Below, in pieces: positions 9,247 to 18,507 of a DNA stretch of 64,000 nucleotides. Source of the DNA: Faecousia sp. (lineage in GTDB: Bacteria > Bacillota > Clostridia > Oscillospirales > Oscillospiraceae); NCBI GenBank assembly GCA_045537615.1, contig JAZSPV010000060.1:6852-70851 (forward strand). Direction: 5' to 3'. Made by a program: the position numbers and the translations under genes. The notes beneath the pieces were generated by a model that did not search any database, had not been told where the DNA came from, and saw only the letters and a program-made list of their open reading frames with translations. Numbering within the stretch: position 1 is the first letter of the stretch; each line of letters starts with the position of its first letter.

Positions 9247-11457
9247 ATGCTGGATATGTTGTTTGCACATGTCATAGATATGACCCTGTGTGGAAGTGTG
9301 GCCATTATCGCTGTTATATTGGTGCGGATATTCCTCCGAAAAGCACCCAAAGTATTTTCCTACGCTCTTTGGGCTGTTGTGTTGTTTCGTTTGCTGTGCC
9401 CTGTGAGTATCGAATTGCCTGTCAGCATTGTTCCGGATATGGGTTCGGTGGCGGAAGAATATCGCTTTGATCATGATCCTATCACGGTAATAGATGCCGG
9501 AAAGGCTGTGTATCAGGCGGTGGACGATGCAGTAAGTGGCAACTTAGATGCGCAGCAGGTGTATGTGGATGTACCAACGCAACTAGGGGACCGCCGTACA
9601 ATGGCCGTTACTTTATGGGAGATTGGCGTGATGTCAGGACAGTACCTATGGCTTGCCGGAGTGCTTGTGCTTTTGTGCTTCAGTTTGATTGGTTGGATAC
9701 GCCTGCGCAGCAAGTTGACTGGTTCGGTACGTGTGAGGGAAAATATCTGGCTTGCAGACCATATTGATACACCGTTTGTTCTTGGGCTGTTCAGACCTAG
9801 GATATACCTGCCTTCTGCATTGGATCACAGTGAACATCCCTATGTCATTGCTCATGAGCAGCACCACATCCGCAGACTTGACCACATTATCAAGGCTTTT
9901 GCCTTTCTTGCACTGATGCTCCATTGGTTTAATCCACTGGCATGGGTATCCTACATCCTGTTTTGTAAGGATATGGAGATGAGTTGTGATGAAGCAGTAA
10001 TTAAGAAACTGGGGGAGAGTATCCGAGCCGACTACTCTTCGTCACTGTTGAAGCTGTCTAGTGGCAAGCAACCTGTTATTATCACACCCCTTGCCTTTGG
10101 GGAAGGGGATACTAAGGGGAGAATAAAAAATCTTGCAGGGTGGCGAAAACCGCTGCTATGGGTTGTGATTCTTTCTACGGTTGTCTGCGTAGCAACCGCT
10201 ATATGCCTGCTCGCAGATCCAATGCCAAAATCGGATGAATTGCCACGGCCTGGTAATTCACAGACAGGACCAATACAGCCTGGCGGTACGACTCCGGACC
10301 AAACCTTTGATATCCAATTGTCTTATGCAGGATATACCGGGGAGGCATCGTTCCATGCTGCGGCAGAGAATTCCGACAGACTACACCTTAGTAGTGCTTT
10401 GCATTTGCCTATTTTCAAATTTGATTCAAAAGAGGCGCTGGACGATTTCACAGGCACATATGGAAAGTTCTTATCCTTAAATCAAGGCTATGAGGGAGTG
10501 CCCTCCTTTTATGGCGCAGCTGAGCGCTATGACGAGGCCTTTTTCCGTGATAACACACTGATGCTCGTGTATGTGCAATCCTCCAGTGGCAGCAACCGCT
10601 ACGGCGTGGACAGTGTTTACTGTGCCAGTAATTATTTTTGCGTCCATGTAAAAAGAACCAATGATCCTCATATGCATACCGATGATCTGGCTGGGTGGTT
10701 TTTGATGATCGGTGTCCCGGACAGCATGATCAGTGGCGTCAAGACCTTTGATGCTGACATGGATGTTACTACCCTCCAAAACGGATATGCGCCCTCCCTC
10801 CAGGTAAACAAGAATACGCCTACCGGCAAACAAACCTTACAGGGTTATGCAAAAAAGACAAACCTGTCCGGCGTTTCTCAAAAAGTAAAGGATGCAGTTG
10901 CCAATGAATGGATGGCCTATGATATGCTGACACCTGAGCAGCGCAGCTATTCCAGCCGGCTGTTCGGAGAAGTTACCTTCCGTGCAGATACCTGGCAACA
11001 AACGGAACAGGATCTGGGATTGCAGATCAAAAATCCTGTTATGGATATTTCCTGGCTGTCGCCCACGGATGTTTATGGCGGCGTTGCAACAAGCAATGAG
11101 ATTTTGCATACGCAAACAAATATTTATGCCACAGATGCGGATACCCGGTCTGTTGAGCAGATATCCGTCAGTGCAGGTTACCGGGGCGAAGGCCAACGGG
11201 TAGTTTTAGAAGCCACTGTATTTGGAAAGGATACCATATTTCTCAGCGGCTTGGGGGATACGGCTGTGGAGGTGCAAAGCTGTCAGACCGCCTCGGGAAT
11301 GGCGGCATTTGTAACCCGCGACAGTGGGGAGATGTACACTGCTGCCAATGCAGCCTGGATCGATCAAAATGTCTACTATCGCCTTCGGGTGATCGGACAG
11401 AGGGAGCAGTACACCCAGGTCAGCGAAGTCCTACAGAAACTCTTGAATGAAATATAA
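9247..11457 (+). CDS. BlaR1-like M56 metallopeptidase sensor with non-PBP C-terminal ectodomain
   Basis: YALWAVVLFRLL, TPFVLGLFRPRIYLP, zinc motif HEQHH, HWFNPL, EMSCDEAV, FGE...KGRIKN; TM segment followed by ~410 aa. Confidence 0.9.
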   Translation: MLDMLFAHVIDMTLCGSVAIIAVILVRIFLRKAPKVFSYALWAVVLFRLLCPVSIELPVSIVPDMGSVAEEYRFDHDPITVIDAGKAVYQAVDDAVSGNLDAQQVYVDVPTQLGDRRTMAVTLWEIGVMSGQYLWLAGVLVLLCFSLIGWIRLRSKLTGSVRVRENIWLADHIDTPFVLGLFRPRIYLPSALDHSEHPYVIAHEQHHIRRLDHIIKAFAFLALMLHWFNPLAWVSYILFCKDMEMSCDEAVIKKLGESIRADYSSSLLKLSSGKQPVIITPLAFGEGDTKGRIKNLAGWRKPLLWVVILSTVVCVATAICLLADPMPKSDELPRPGNSQTGPIQPGGTTPDQTFDIQLSYAGYTGEASFHAAAENSDRLHLSSALHLPIFKFDSKEALDDFTGTYGKFLSLNQGYEGVPSFYGAAERYDEAFFRDNTLMLVYVQSSSGSNRYGVDSVYCASNYFCVHVKRTNDPHMHTDDLAGWFLMIGVPDSMISGVKTFDADMDVTTLQNGYAPSLQVNKNTPTGKQTLQGYAKKTNLSGVSQKVKDAVANEWMAYDMLTPEQRSYSSRLFGEVTFRADTWQQTEQDLGLQIKNPVMDISWLSPTDVYGGVATSNEILHTQTNIYATDADTRSVEQISVSAGYRGEGQRVVLEATVFGKDTIFLSGLGDTAVEVQSCQTASGMAAFVTRDSGEMYTAANAAWIDQNVYYRLRVIGQREQYTQVSEVLQKLLNEI

Positions 11458-11460
11458 GCA

Positions 11461-11495
11461 AGCGCCACACTGCGGTAAAACCGCAGTGTGGCGCT
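11461..11495. terminator. bidirectional terminator, copy 2 of the duplicated hairpin
   Basis: agcgccacactgcggt-aaa-accgcagtgtggcgct between convergent M56 gene and mnmA. Confidence 0.75.
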
Positions 11496-11502
11496 ATGCT
11501 GC

Positions 11503-12576
11503 TTATAGCACTTCCGTAATAGTGCCGCCGCCGATCACAAGATCTCCGTCGTAAAGGACAACGGCCTGTCCGGTGGTGATAGCCCGTTGGGGGTCATCGA
11601 ATTCTACTCTTGCATATCCATTTTCCTCGGGATAAACGGTGGCCGGCTGCTCAATATGCCGGTAACGCACCTTGGCTGTTACCCGTATCGGTTCGACCGG
11701 TGTAGGGAAGGGAATCCAGTTCCAATCGTTAGCCCGTAGACCGGAGCGGAACAGGTCCTCGTTTTTGCCCAGTGTGACGGTGTTGCGTTCCATATCCTTC
11801 GCGCATACGTAGGCAGGTTCACCCAACGCAATGCCCAGACCCTTCCGCTGGCCAATGGTGTAGCCAACAGCACCGGCGTGTCTGCCGAGTACGTTTCCGT
11901 TTGTGTCCAAATAATCTCCGGTGGGATAATCCTTTCCGGTATATCGCTTTATAAAATTGTAATAATCCCCGTCGGGGATAAAGCAAATATCCTGGCTATC
12001 CCGTTTCCGGGCGTTAATAAAACCCTGTTCCTCTGCAATCTGCCGCACCTGCTCTTTGGTCAATGCACCAAGAGGAAATTGTGTGTGGGCCAGCTGCTGT
12101 TGTGTCAGAGAGTACAGAAAATAAGTCTGATCTTTTCCGCGGTCACCGGCACGGTAAAGAAGATGCCGTCCTGTGATCGGATCGTGGCAGATCTTAGCGT
12201 AGTGACCGGTAGCGATCCAGTCGTAACCCATTTTCAAGGCATAGTCTAAAAGAAAGCCAAATTTCAGATAGCGGTTACATTCAATGCACGGATTTGGTGT
12301 GCCGCCTTGCTCATAGCAACCCACAAAGCTGTCTATGACCTTCTGGCGGAAATCCTCCCTGTGATCAAGGAGAAAAAATTCCATACCCAGCCTTTGGGCC
12401 ACTGCACTGGCATCTGCCGCGCTGTCAGGGACACAGCTGTCTTCGCTGTTTTCAAAGAGTGTATTATTGCATAGCTGCATCGTTGCACCGATGCAGTGAT
12501 AACCGGTTTGTTGCATCAGATAGGCAGCAACGGAGCTATCCACACCGCCGCTCATGGCGATCAAAGCTTTTTCCAC
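11503..12576 (-). CDS. mnmA: tRNA 2-thiouridylase MnmA
   Basis: AMSGGVDSS, TPNPCIECN, ATGHYA, KDQTYFL, DSQDICF, YTIGQRKGLG. Confidence 0.98.
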   Translation of the reverse strand: MEKALIAMSGGVDSSVAAYLMQQTGYHCIGATMQLCNNTLFENSEDSCVPDSAADASAVAQRLGMEFFLLDHREDFRQKVIDSFVGCYEQGGTPNPCIECNRYLKFGFLLDYALKMGYDWIATGHYAKICHDPITGRHLLYRAGDRGKDQTYFLYSLTQQQLAHTQFPLGALTKEQVRQIAEEQGFINARKRDSQDICFIPDGDYYNFIKRYTGKDYPTGDYLDTNGNVLGRHAGAVGYTIGQRKGLGIALGEPAYVCAKDMERNTVTLGKNEDLFRSGLRANDWNWIPFPTPVEPIRVTAKVRYRHIEQPATVYPEENGYARVEFDDPQRAITTGQAVVLYDGDLVIGGGTITEVL

Positions 12577-12606
12577 AATAATACCTCCTTAGTTAAATGT
12601 GACACG

Positions 12607-12810
12607 ATTCTAGCACAACAGTGGTATAAAAGCAACTGTCATTCAAAAAAACCAGTGGAAATTTATGTCAACAAAAAACTTTTTGAGTTAAAAAGTTTGC
12701 TATTATCTGCGATTTCTGATAAAACGGGAACAATTTGACGTTACAAACGGTAAAAATTTGTAATCAATTGAAAAAAAGGGATTGCATTTCCACCACTGTT
12801 TTGCTATAAT
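12607..12810. promoter_or_regulatory. pair of near-identical divergent sigma-A promoters (mnmA and cell-wall hydrolase)
   Basis: Minus: TTGCTT-N17-TAGAAT (12635-12607). Plus: TTGCAT-N17-TATAAT (12782-12810). Both carry a TG extended -10. Confidence 0.7.
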
Positions 12811-12847
12811 AAGACGGAAATATGCTGAAGAAGGAGGATTGGCGGCA

Positions 12848-14848
12848 ATGAAACGTACGATAGGGCTGATTTTGGCGATTGCCGTTTTGATAAGTGTTGT
12901 GGCAGTTGGTGTCAGTGCAGAGACTGTGCTGGCCACCAGTGATGAGGCAATACGTATTCTAAAGCTGGAAGAAGGCTTCAGCAAGACGCCGTATTGGGAC
13001 TACGCCCAGTGGACCGTCGGTTACGGAACCAAGTGTCCGGACGATAAGCTGGAGGAATACCGTCAGAACGGAATTTCCGAAGAAGAAGCAGAGCTGTTGC
13101 TTCGTACATACATAACAAAATTTGAGTCTGAGATTCATGGCTTCATGATTCGAACCGGAACGCAGCTTAATCAGAATCAGTTTGATGCTTTGCTGCTGTT
13201 TTCCTATAACTGCGGCAGTGGTTGGTCTTACGAGACCTCCGGTGGATTGTACAATGCGATTGTCAGTGGTGCCACAGGCAACCAACTGATTGATGCATTC
13301 AGCCGTTGGTGCAATGCCGGCGGTCAGATCAAGACATTTCTTTTGCGCCGTCGCCTGTGCGAGGCAAATATCTATCTGAACGCAGAATATTCGCAAACGG
13401 CACCTGCCAATTTCGGCTATGTGCTGTATGATGCATGTGGTGGTACCACATCTCCCAATGTCCAGGGCTACCATACGGAGCTGACATCTGCTATTCGCAC
13501 CAACCCTGTTTATGAAGGCTATACCTTTGCCGGATGGTTTACTGCCAGAAGCGGCGGCACTGAGGTAAAGGTGCTGGACGCCAGTGTGCGCAATGCCCGA
13601 CTGTATGCCCGTTGGAAGGACAGCCAGGGCAATGAAACTGTGGATAAGCCTGAGAACGGCGTGACTGTTACAGTTACCGCCAATGATGTGAATGTTCGCA
13701 AAGGCCCCGGAACTAATCATGCTGTCGTCAGCAGTGTCAGCACCGGTGAGCAGCTTGTCATTACAGAAGTTCAGGAAGGTTCCGGCTACACATGGGGTAA
13801 GTTCAGTGGCGGTTGGGTTTGCCTGAAATACACCAATTATGACATCGTGAAAGCGCCTGCGCAGGAGGGAACCCCGACAACCGGCAAGCGCATGGGCACA
13901 GTTAAGGTAAATGATACACTGCGGGTGCGCAGTGGTCCCAGCACCGGTTACAGTGTGGTTGAGTACCTTAAAAATGGCACAAGAGTGGAAATCCTTGAAG
14001 AAAAGATTGTTGGAACCATGGTTTGGGGAAAAATATCCAGCGGTTGGATTAGCCTGGACTATGTGGTGATGGACCCGGAAAAGGAAGAAACTGTTCCACC
14101 TGCGGAAACAGAGCCCCCTGCAACGGAGCCCCCTGCAACGGAGCCTCCCGCAACGGAGCCTCCCGCAACAGAACCTCCGGCAACGGAGCCTCCCGCAACG
14201 GAGCCGAAACCTCCCCAGGAAACGCCGGAGGATACCAATGTGAATTTAACCGGTACAGTCAAGGTCAGTGATTCCTTGCGTGTACGCAGCGGTCCCAGCA
14301 CCTCAAATTCTGTTGTTGGTTATCTCAAAAACGGTCAAAAAGTGACCATTACGGAGAAAACCACCTCAGGCAATATGACCTGGGGCAAGGTGTCTAATGG
14401 ATGGATCAGCCTTGATTATATAGTTTTGGATGCCCAGAATACGGGATCTGCAGTAGCTGTTAAGGGTACAGTAAAGGTCAGTGATTTGTTGCGTGTGCGC
14501 AGCGGCCCTGGTACTTCTTATGCAATTTCTGCATTCCTGTCCAACGGCACTAAGGTAGAGATCAAGGAGCAGAAAACTGTCAACGGCACAGTTTGGGGGA
14601 GAACCGATAAGGGTTGGATCAGCCTGGATTATGTGGTGCTGGAGGGCCAGTCGGCCCAGCCCCAAAAGCAGACCAAAACCGTAACGGCTGACTGCCTTCG
14701 TGTCAGAAGTGCAGCGGGTACATCCAACAGGATCGTCGGCTATCTTTACAGAAACACCAAAGTAGAAATTTTCCAGACTGTCAATGTTGGAGGTGTAACC
14801 TGGGGACAGACGTCCAAAGGTTGGATCAGCATGGAATATGTAAAATAA
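12848..14848 (+). CDS. secreted cell-wall hydrolase: GH24 lysozyme-like domain, Listeria/Bacteroides-type repeat, five SH3b domains, Pro/Thr linker
   Basis: Signal peptide MKRTIGLILAIAVLISVVAVGVSA; LKLEEGF..PYWD...TVGYG and LNQNQFDALL.FSYN; GYTFAGW...LYARW; five (L/V)(R/N)VR...GW(I/V)(S/C)(L/M).Y repeats. Confidence 0.85.
   Translation: MKRTIGLILAIAVLISVVAVGVSAETVLATSDEAIRILKLEEGFSKTPYWDYAQWTVGYGTKCPDDKLEEYRQNGISEEEAELLLRTYITKFESEIHGFMIRTGTQLNQNQFDALLLFSYNCGSGWSYETSGGLYNAIVSGATGNQLIDAFSRWCNAGGQIKTFLLRRRLCEANIYLNAEYSQTAPANFGYVLYDACGGTTSPNVQGYHTELTSAIRTNPVYEGYTFAGWFTARSGGTEVKVLDASVRNARLYARWKDSQGNETVDKPENGVTVTVTANDVNVRKGPGTNHAVVSSVSTGEQLVITEVQEGSGYTWGKFSGGWVCLKYTNYDIVKAPAQEGTPTTGKRMGTVKVNDTLRVRSGPSTGYSVVEYLKNGTRVEILEEKIVGTMVWGKISSGWISLDYVVMDPEKEETVPPAETEPPATEPPATEPPATEPPATEPPATEPPATEPKPPQETPEDTNVNLTGTVKVSDSLRVRSGPSTSNSVVGYLKNGQKVTITEKTTSGNMTWGKVSNGWISLDYIVLDAQNTGSAVAVKGTVKVSDLLRVRSGPGTSYAISAFLSNGTKVEIKEQKTVNGTVWGRTDKGWISLDYVVLEGQSAQPQKQTKTVTADCLRVRSAAGTSNRIVGYLYRNTKVEIFQTVNVGGVTWGQTSKGWISMEYVK
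14108..14206 (+). repeat. 15-bp coding tandem repeat, (TEPPA)x6
   Basis: acggagcctcccgca-like units between SH3b domains 2 and 3. Confidence 0.95.
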
Positions 14849-14852
14849 TTTT

Positions 14853-14934
14853 AAGACCTGCCGCAAATTCGCGGCAGGTCTTTTTCCTGTATAACAAGCC
14901 GCCGTTGTGAGGGAGTTACACAGCGGCGGCTTTT
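14853..14934 (+). terminator. two tandem terminator-like hairpins
   Basis: aagacctgccgc-aaattc-gcggcaggtcttttt and aagccgccgttgtg...cacagcggcggctttt. Confidence 0.75.
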
Positions 14935-15099
14935 GGCGGTGTCGCATTCGGGGAGAATATCCGCCTGTCTATACGATACTTTACGGACACTGTCGAAAAC
15001 AAGAAAAAATCGTCGAAGGGATTGCGTATTATCCCTTGTCATATTTGGCGTTTAGTGGTATAATATAGTTCGTAATTTCTGTATAGAAGGTGTAATATA

Positions 15100-16272
15100 A
15101 TGACTATAATCGATATTTATTCCGGATTTTTGGGAGCAGGAAAGACTACACTGATCAAAAAGATGATTCAGGAAAGTTATTGCGGACAAAAGCTGGTGCT
15201 CATTGAAAATGAGTTTGGGGAGATTGGTATCGACGGCGGATTTTTGCAGGATGCCGGTATCAATATCACTGAAATGAATTCCGGCTGTATTTGCTGTAGC
15301 CTGGTGGGTGATTTCGGAAAGGCATTAACGCAGGTAATTGATGAATTTGCCCCTGACAGAATCGTGATTGAGCCCTCCGGCGTGGGTAAGCTTTCCGACG
15401 TGATTGCAGCCGTCAAGAAGGTAACTAACGAGCAGGTGATTCTGGGCTCTGCAGTTGCTGTTGTGGATGCCGGTAAGGTCAAAGTTTACATGAAAAACTT
15501 TGGCGAGTTCTATAATAATCAGATTGAAACAGCATCTACCATTATCCTATCCCGTACGGATACGATTGCAGAGCAGAAATTGGAGCAGGCAATTGCTATG
15601 CTTCGTGAGCATAATGCAGATGCAACAATTGTCACCACACCCTGGGATGCGCTGACCGGTGGGCAGCTTATGGAGGCTATGGAGGGAAAAGCTGCATTAG
15701 CAACAGAGATTGCACAGTTGGTCCACGAGCACCATCACCATGACCACGATGAGCACTGCTGCTGTGGCCACGACCACGAGCATCATCACCATGACCACGA
15801 GCACCATCACCACGACCACGATGAGCATTGCTGCTGTGGCCATGACCACGAGCATCATCACCATGACCACGAGCACCATCACCACGATCACGACGGGCAC
15901 TGCTGCTGCGGCCACGACCATGAGCACCACCATGACCACGACCACGACGAGCACTGCTGTTGCGGTTATGACCATGACCATCATCACCATCACCATGCTG
16001 ATGAGGTGTTTACCTCCTGGGGTGTTGAAACAGCCAGAAAGTTCACCCTGGAAGGTGTTGAAAGCGCACTGAAGAAGCTCGATACACGGCAGTACGGCTT
16101 TGTTCTGCGCGCCAAAGGTATTGTGGCATCTGAGGATGGCAGCTGGATTCATTTTGACTATGTACCCGGTGAGACCAACGTGCGCATCGGCAGTGCAGCA
16201 GTGACAGGTAAACTGTGTGTGATTGGGTCTGAGTTGGTTGAAACAGACATCGCACAATTGTTTGGAGTGTAA
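15100..16272 (+). CDS. COG0523/CobW-family G3E metallochaperone GTPase with His/Cys-rich insert
   Basis: SGFLGAGKTT, IENEFGE, GCICCS (CxCC), IEPSG, VLRAKG CobW_C motif. Confidence 0.93.
   Translation: MTIIDIYSGFLGAGKTTLIKKMIQESYCGQKLVLIENEFGEIGIDGGFLQDAGINITEMNSGCICCSLVGDFGKALTQVIDEFAPDRIVIEPSGVGKLSDVIAAVKKVTNEQVILGSAVAVVDAGKVKVYMKNFGEFYNNQIETASTIILSRTDTIAEQKLEQAIAMLREHNADATIVTTPWDALTGGQLMEAMEGKAALATEIAQLVHEHHHHDHDEHCCCGHDHEHHHHDHEHHHHDHDEHCCCGHDHEHHHHDHEHHHHDHDGHCCCGHDHEHHHDHDHDEHCCCGYDHDHHHHHHADEVFTSWGVETARKFTLEGVESALKKLDTRQYGFVLRAKGIVASEDGSWIHFDYVPGETNVRIGSAAVTGKLCVIGSELVETDIAQLFGV
15724..15996 (+). repeat. 72-bp coding repeat HEHHHHDHDEHCCCGHDHEHHHHD (about 3.8 copies)
   Basis: 91-aa tract containing four CCCG motifs. 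Confidence 0.95.
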
Positions 16273-16275
16273 ATC

Positions 16276-17217
16276 ATGGTACAAATTCCTGTTTACGTTT
16301 TTACGGGTTTTCTGGATTCCGGAAAGACAAAATTTATTCAGGAGACCCTGGAGGACCCTCGTTTTAATGCCGGCGAACGTACCTTGCTGCTGGTATTCGA
16401 GGAGGGAGAGGAGGAGTATGACTTCTCCACCTATCCCTGCAAAAATGTCTATCTTGAGGTGCTGGACCAGCAGACGGTCACAGCTAAGCAGCTGCAAGCA
16501 CTGGCAAAAAAGCATAAGGCCCAGCGTGTGGTGGCAGAGCTTAATGGCATGCAGCTGGTGGGCGACCTGTACAGCCGCTTTCCGGACGGTTGGGTGGTAG
16601 CCCAGGAGGTCATGTTTGCCGATTCCACCACCTTTATGGCCTATAACGCCAATATGCGAAATTTAGTTATGGACAAGCTGGTAGGCGGACAGATGGTTGT
16701 ATTTAACAGGATTCCTTTGGGTGCGGATACCATGCCGTTTCATAAACTGGCAAGAGCAGCCAACCGCCGTATTGATATTCTTTATGAGTTTGCCGACGGC
16801 AGCACTGCTTTCGACGATACAGAGGATCCGCTGCCCTTTGATATCAACGCTCCGGTCATCCAGATCCAGGACGAGGATTATGCGCTTTGGTACCGGGATG
16901 TGACCGAGGAACCCCAAAAGTATGACGGAAAGACCGTCTGCTTTAAAGGGCAGGTTGCAAAGCTGCGTCGCGAGAAGGATTCTATGTTTGCGCCGGGGCG
17001 GTTTGTGATGACCTGCTGTGCAGATGACATCCAGTTCTGCGGTGTGCCGTGCAGATATGCCGATTCTGGCAAGCTGCAACCCAGAGCCTGGGTCATGGTC
17101 AAAGCCACGATTCATGCCGAGAAGCACGCCCTTTACAAAGACGAGCTTGGCCCTGTTCTGACGGCCATCCGCGTGGAAAACGCACAACCTGCCACAGAGG
17201 ATGTTGTAACATTCTAA
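16276..17217 (+). CDS. degenerate CobW-like GTPase fused to a DUF1980/TIGR03943-like C-terminal domain
   Basis: TGFLDSGKT; C-terminal YDGKTVCFKG...RFVMTCCADD. Confidence 0.75.
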   Translation: MVQIPVYVFTGFLDSGKTKFIQETLEDPRFNAGERTLLLVFEEGEEEYDFSTYPCKNVYLEVLDQQTVTAKQLQALAKKHKAQRVVAELNGMQLVGDLYSRFPDGWVVAQEVMFADSTTFMAYNANMRNLVMDKLVGGQMVVFNRIPLGADTMPFHKLARAANRRIDILYEFADGSTAFDDTEDPLPFDINAPVIQIQDEDYALWYRDVTEEPQKYDGKTVCFKGQVAKLRREKDSMFAPGRFVMTCCADDIQFCGVPCRYADSGKLQPRAWVMVKATIHAEKHALYKDELGPVLTAIRVENAQPATEDVVTF

Positions 17218-17241
17218 AATCCATGAAAGGAGAGCCAACCT

Positions 17242-18507
17242 ATGTATCAGCCACTTGCTGACCTGCTGCGTCCGCAAACACTGGATGAGGTTTTCGGACA
17301 GGAACATATTTTGGGCCAAGGGGCGATTCTGCGTCGGCTCGTTGAGTCTGGGAATGTCCCCAATATGATCTTCTATGGTCCCAGCGGTACGGGTAAGACC
17401 ACTGTGGCGAACATTATTGCAAAGCAAACCAACCGTACCCTTTACCAACTGAATGCTACCACCGCGTCCACCGCGGATATCAAAAATATTGTGGCGCAAT
17501 TGGACACTTTCATGGCACCCAACGGTGTGCTGCTGTACCTGGATGAGATTCAGTCCTTTAATAAGAAGCAACAGCAGTCCTTGTTGGAACATATCGAAAA
17601 CGGTAAGATTACACTGATCGCATCCACCACGGAGAATCCCTATTTTTACGTTTTTAATGCTATTCTCAGCCGTTCTACGGTCTTTGAGTTTAAGCAAATC
17701 TCCGCCGATGCTGCGTTGCAGGCCATAAAAAGGGCCGTATCTTATTTGGAAAACCGGACGGCCCTGGAAGCCCAACCGGAGGCGGGGGCTCTTGAGTATA
17801 TTGCTGGCGCCTGCGGCGGCGATCTTCGCAAAGCTATGAATGCTGTTGAGGTGCTGTTCTCTGCCGGCCAGGCGCAGGGGAATGTGCTGCCCCTGACGCT
17901 GGAGGATGCCAAAGCAGTTACGCAAAAAAGTGCCATGCGCGCAGACCGGGACGGGGATAATTACTACGATCTTCTGTCTGCGTTGCAAAAGTCCATACGC
18001 GGTTCTGACCCGGATGCCGCGGTACATTATCTGGCAAGACTCCTGGAGGCTGGACAGATGCAGTCCGCCTGCCGCCGGCTGATGGTCATTGCCAGTGAGG
18101 ATGTGGGCCTTGCCTATCCCATGATTATCCCTATTGTGAAATCCTGTGTGGATATGGCGCTGATGCTGGGCATGCCGGAGGCACGGATTCCGCTGGGTGA
18201 TGCGGCAGTTCTTATGGCTACTTCTCCTAAGTCCAATACGGGCCATGTGGCACTGGATGCGGCGCTGGAAGATGTTCGGAAGGGCAGAGGTGGCGATTTC
18301 CCCAGGCATCTGCAAAATATGCATGCCGATACCTATACCCAGGAACGGGAGCAAGGCTATCAGTATCCTCATAATTTTCCTAACCGTTGGGTCAAGCAGC
18401 AATACTTGCCCGATGAATTGGTGGGAACCCAATACTACACCTATGGGGAAAACAAGCTGGAACAAGCGGCAAAACAATATTGGGATGCCGTTAAGGGGGA
18501 TGCGTAA
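17242..18507 (+). CDS. rarA: replication-associated recombination protein A (RarA/MgsA)
   Basis: PLADLLRP, GPSGTGKTT, LDEI, TTENPYF, SALQKSIRGSD, ASEDVGLA. Confidence 0.96.
   Translation: MYQPLADLLRPQTLDEVFGQEHILGQGAILRRLVESGNVPNMIFYGPSGTGKTTVANIIAKQTNRTLYQLNATTASTADIKNIVAQLDTFMAPNGVLLYLDEIQSFNKKQQQSLLEHIENGKITLIASTTENPYFYVFNAILSRSTVFEFKQISADAALQAIKRAVSYLENRTALEAQPEAGALEYIAGACGGDLRKAMNAVEVLFSAGQAQGNVLPLTLEDAKAVTQKSAMRADRDGDNYYDLLSALQKSIRGSDPDAAVHYLARLLEAGQMQSACRRLMVIASEDVGLAYPMIIPIVKSCVDMALMLGMPEARIPLGDAAVLMATSPKSNTGHVALDAALEDVRKGRGGDFPRHLQNMHADTYTQEREQGYQYPHNFPNRWVKQQYLPDELVGTQYYTYGENKLEQAAKQYWDAVKGDA

Noticed and set aside
8883-11457. Beta-lactam resistance locus
   Set aside because: No beta-lactamase or PBP2a gene and no recognisable penicillin-binding sensor domain.
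14108-14206. Tandem repeat as CRISPR or mobile element
   Set aside because: In-frame coding Pro/Thr linker with no spacers.
12848-14848. Prophage inferred from the lysozyme domain
   Set aside because: No holin, structural or integrase genes; the protein has a signal peptide and a host-type promoter.
15066-15085. Zur box before the COG0523 gene
   Set aside because: Only a half site (TCGTAAT); no palindrome.
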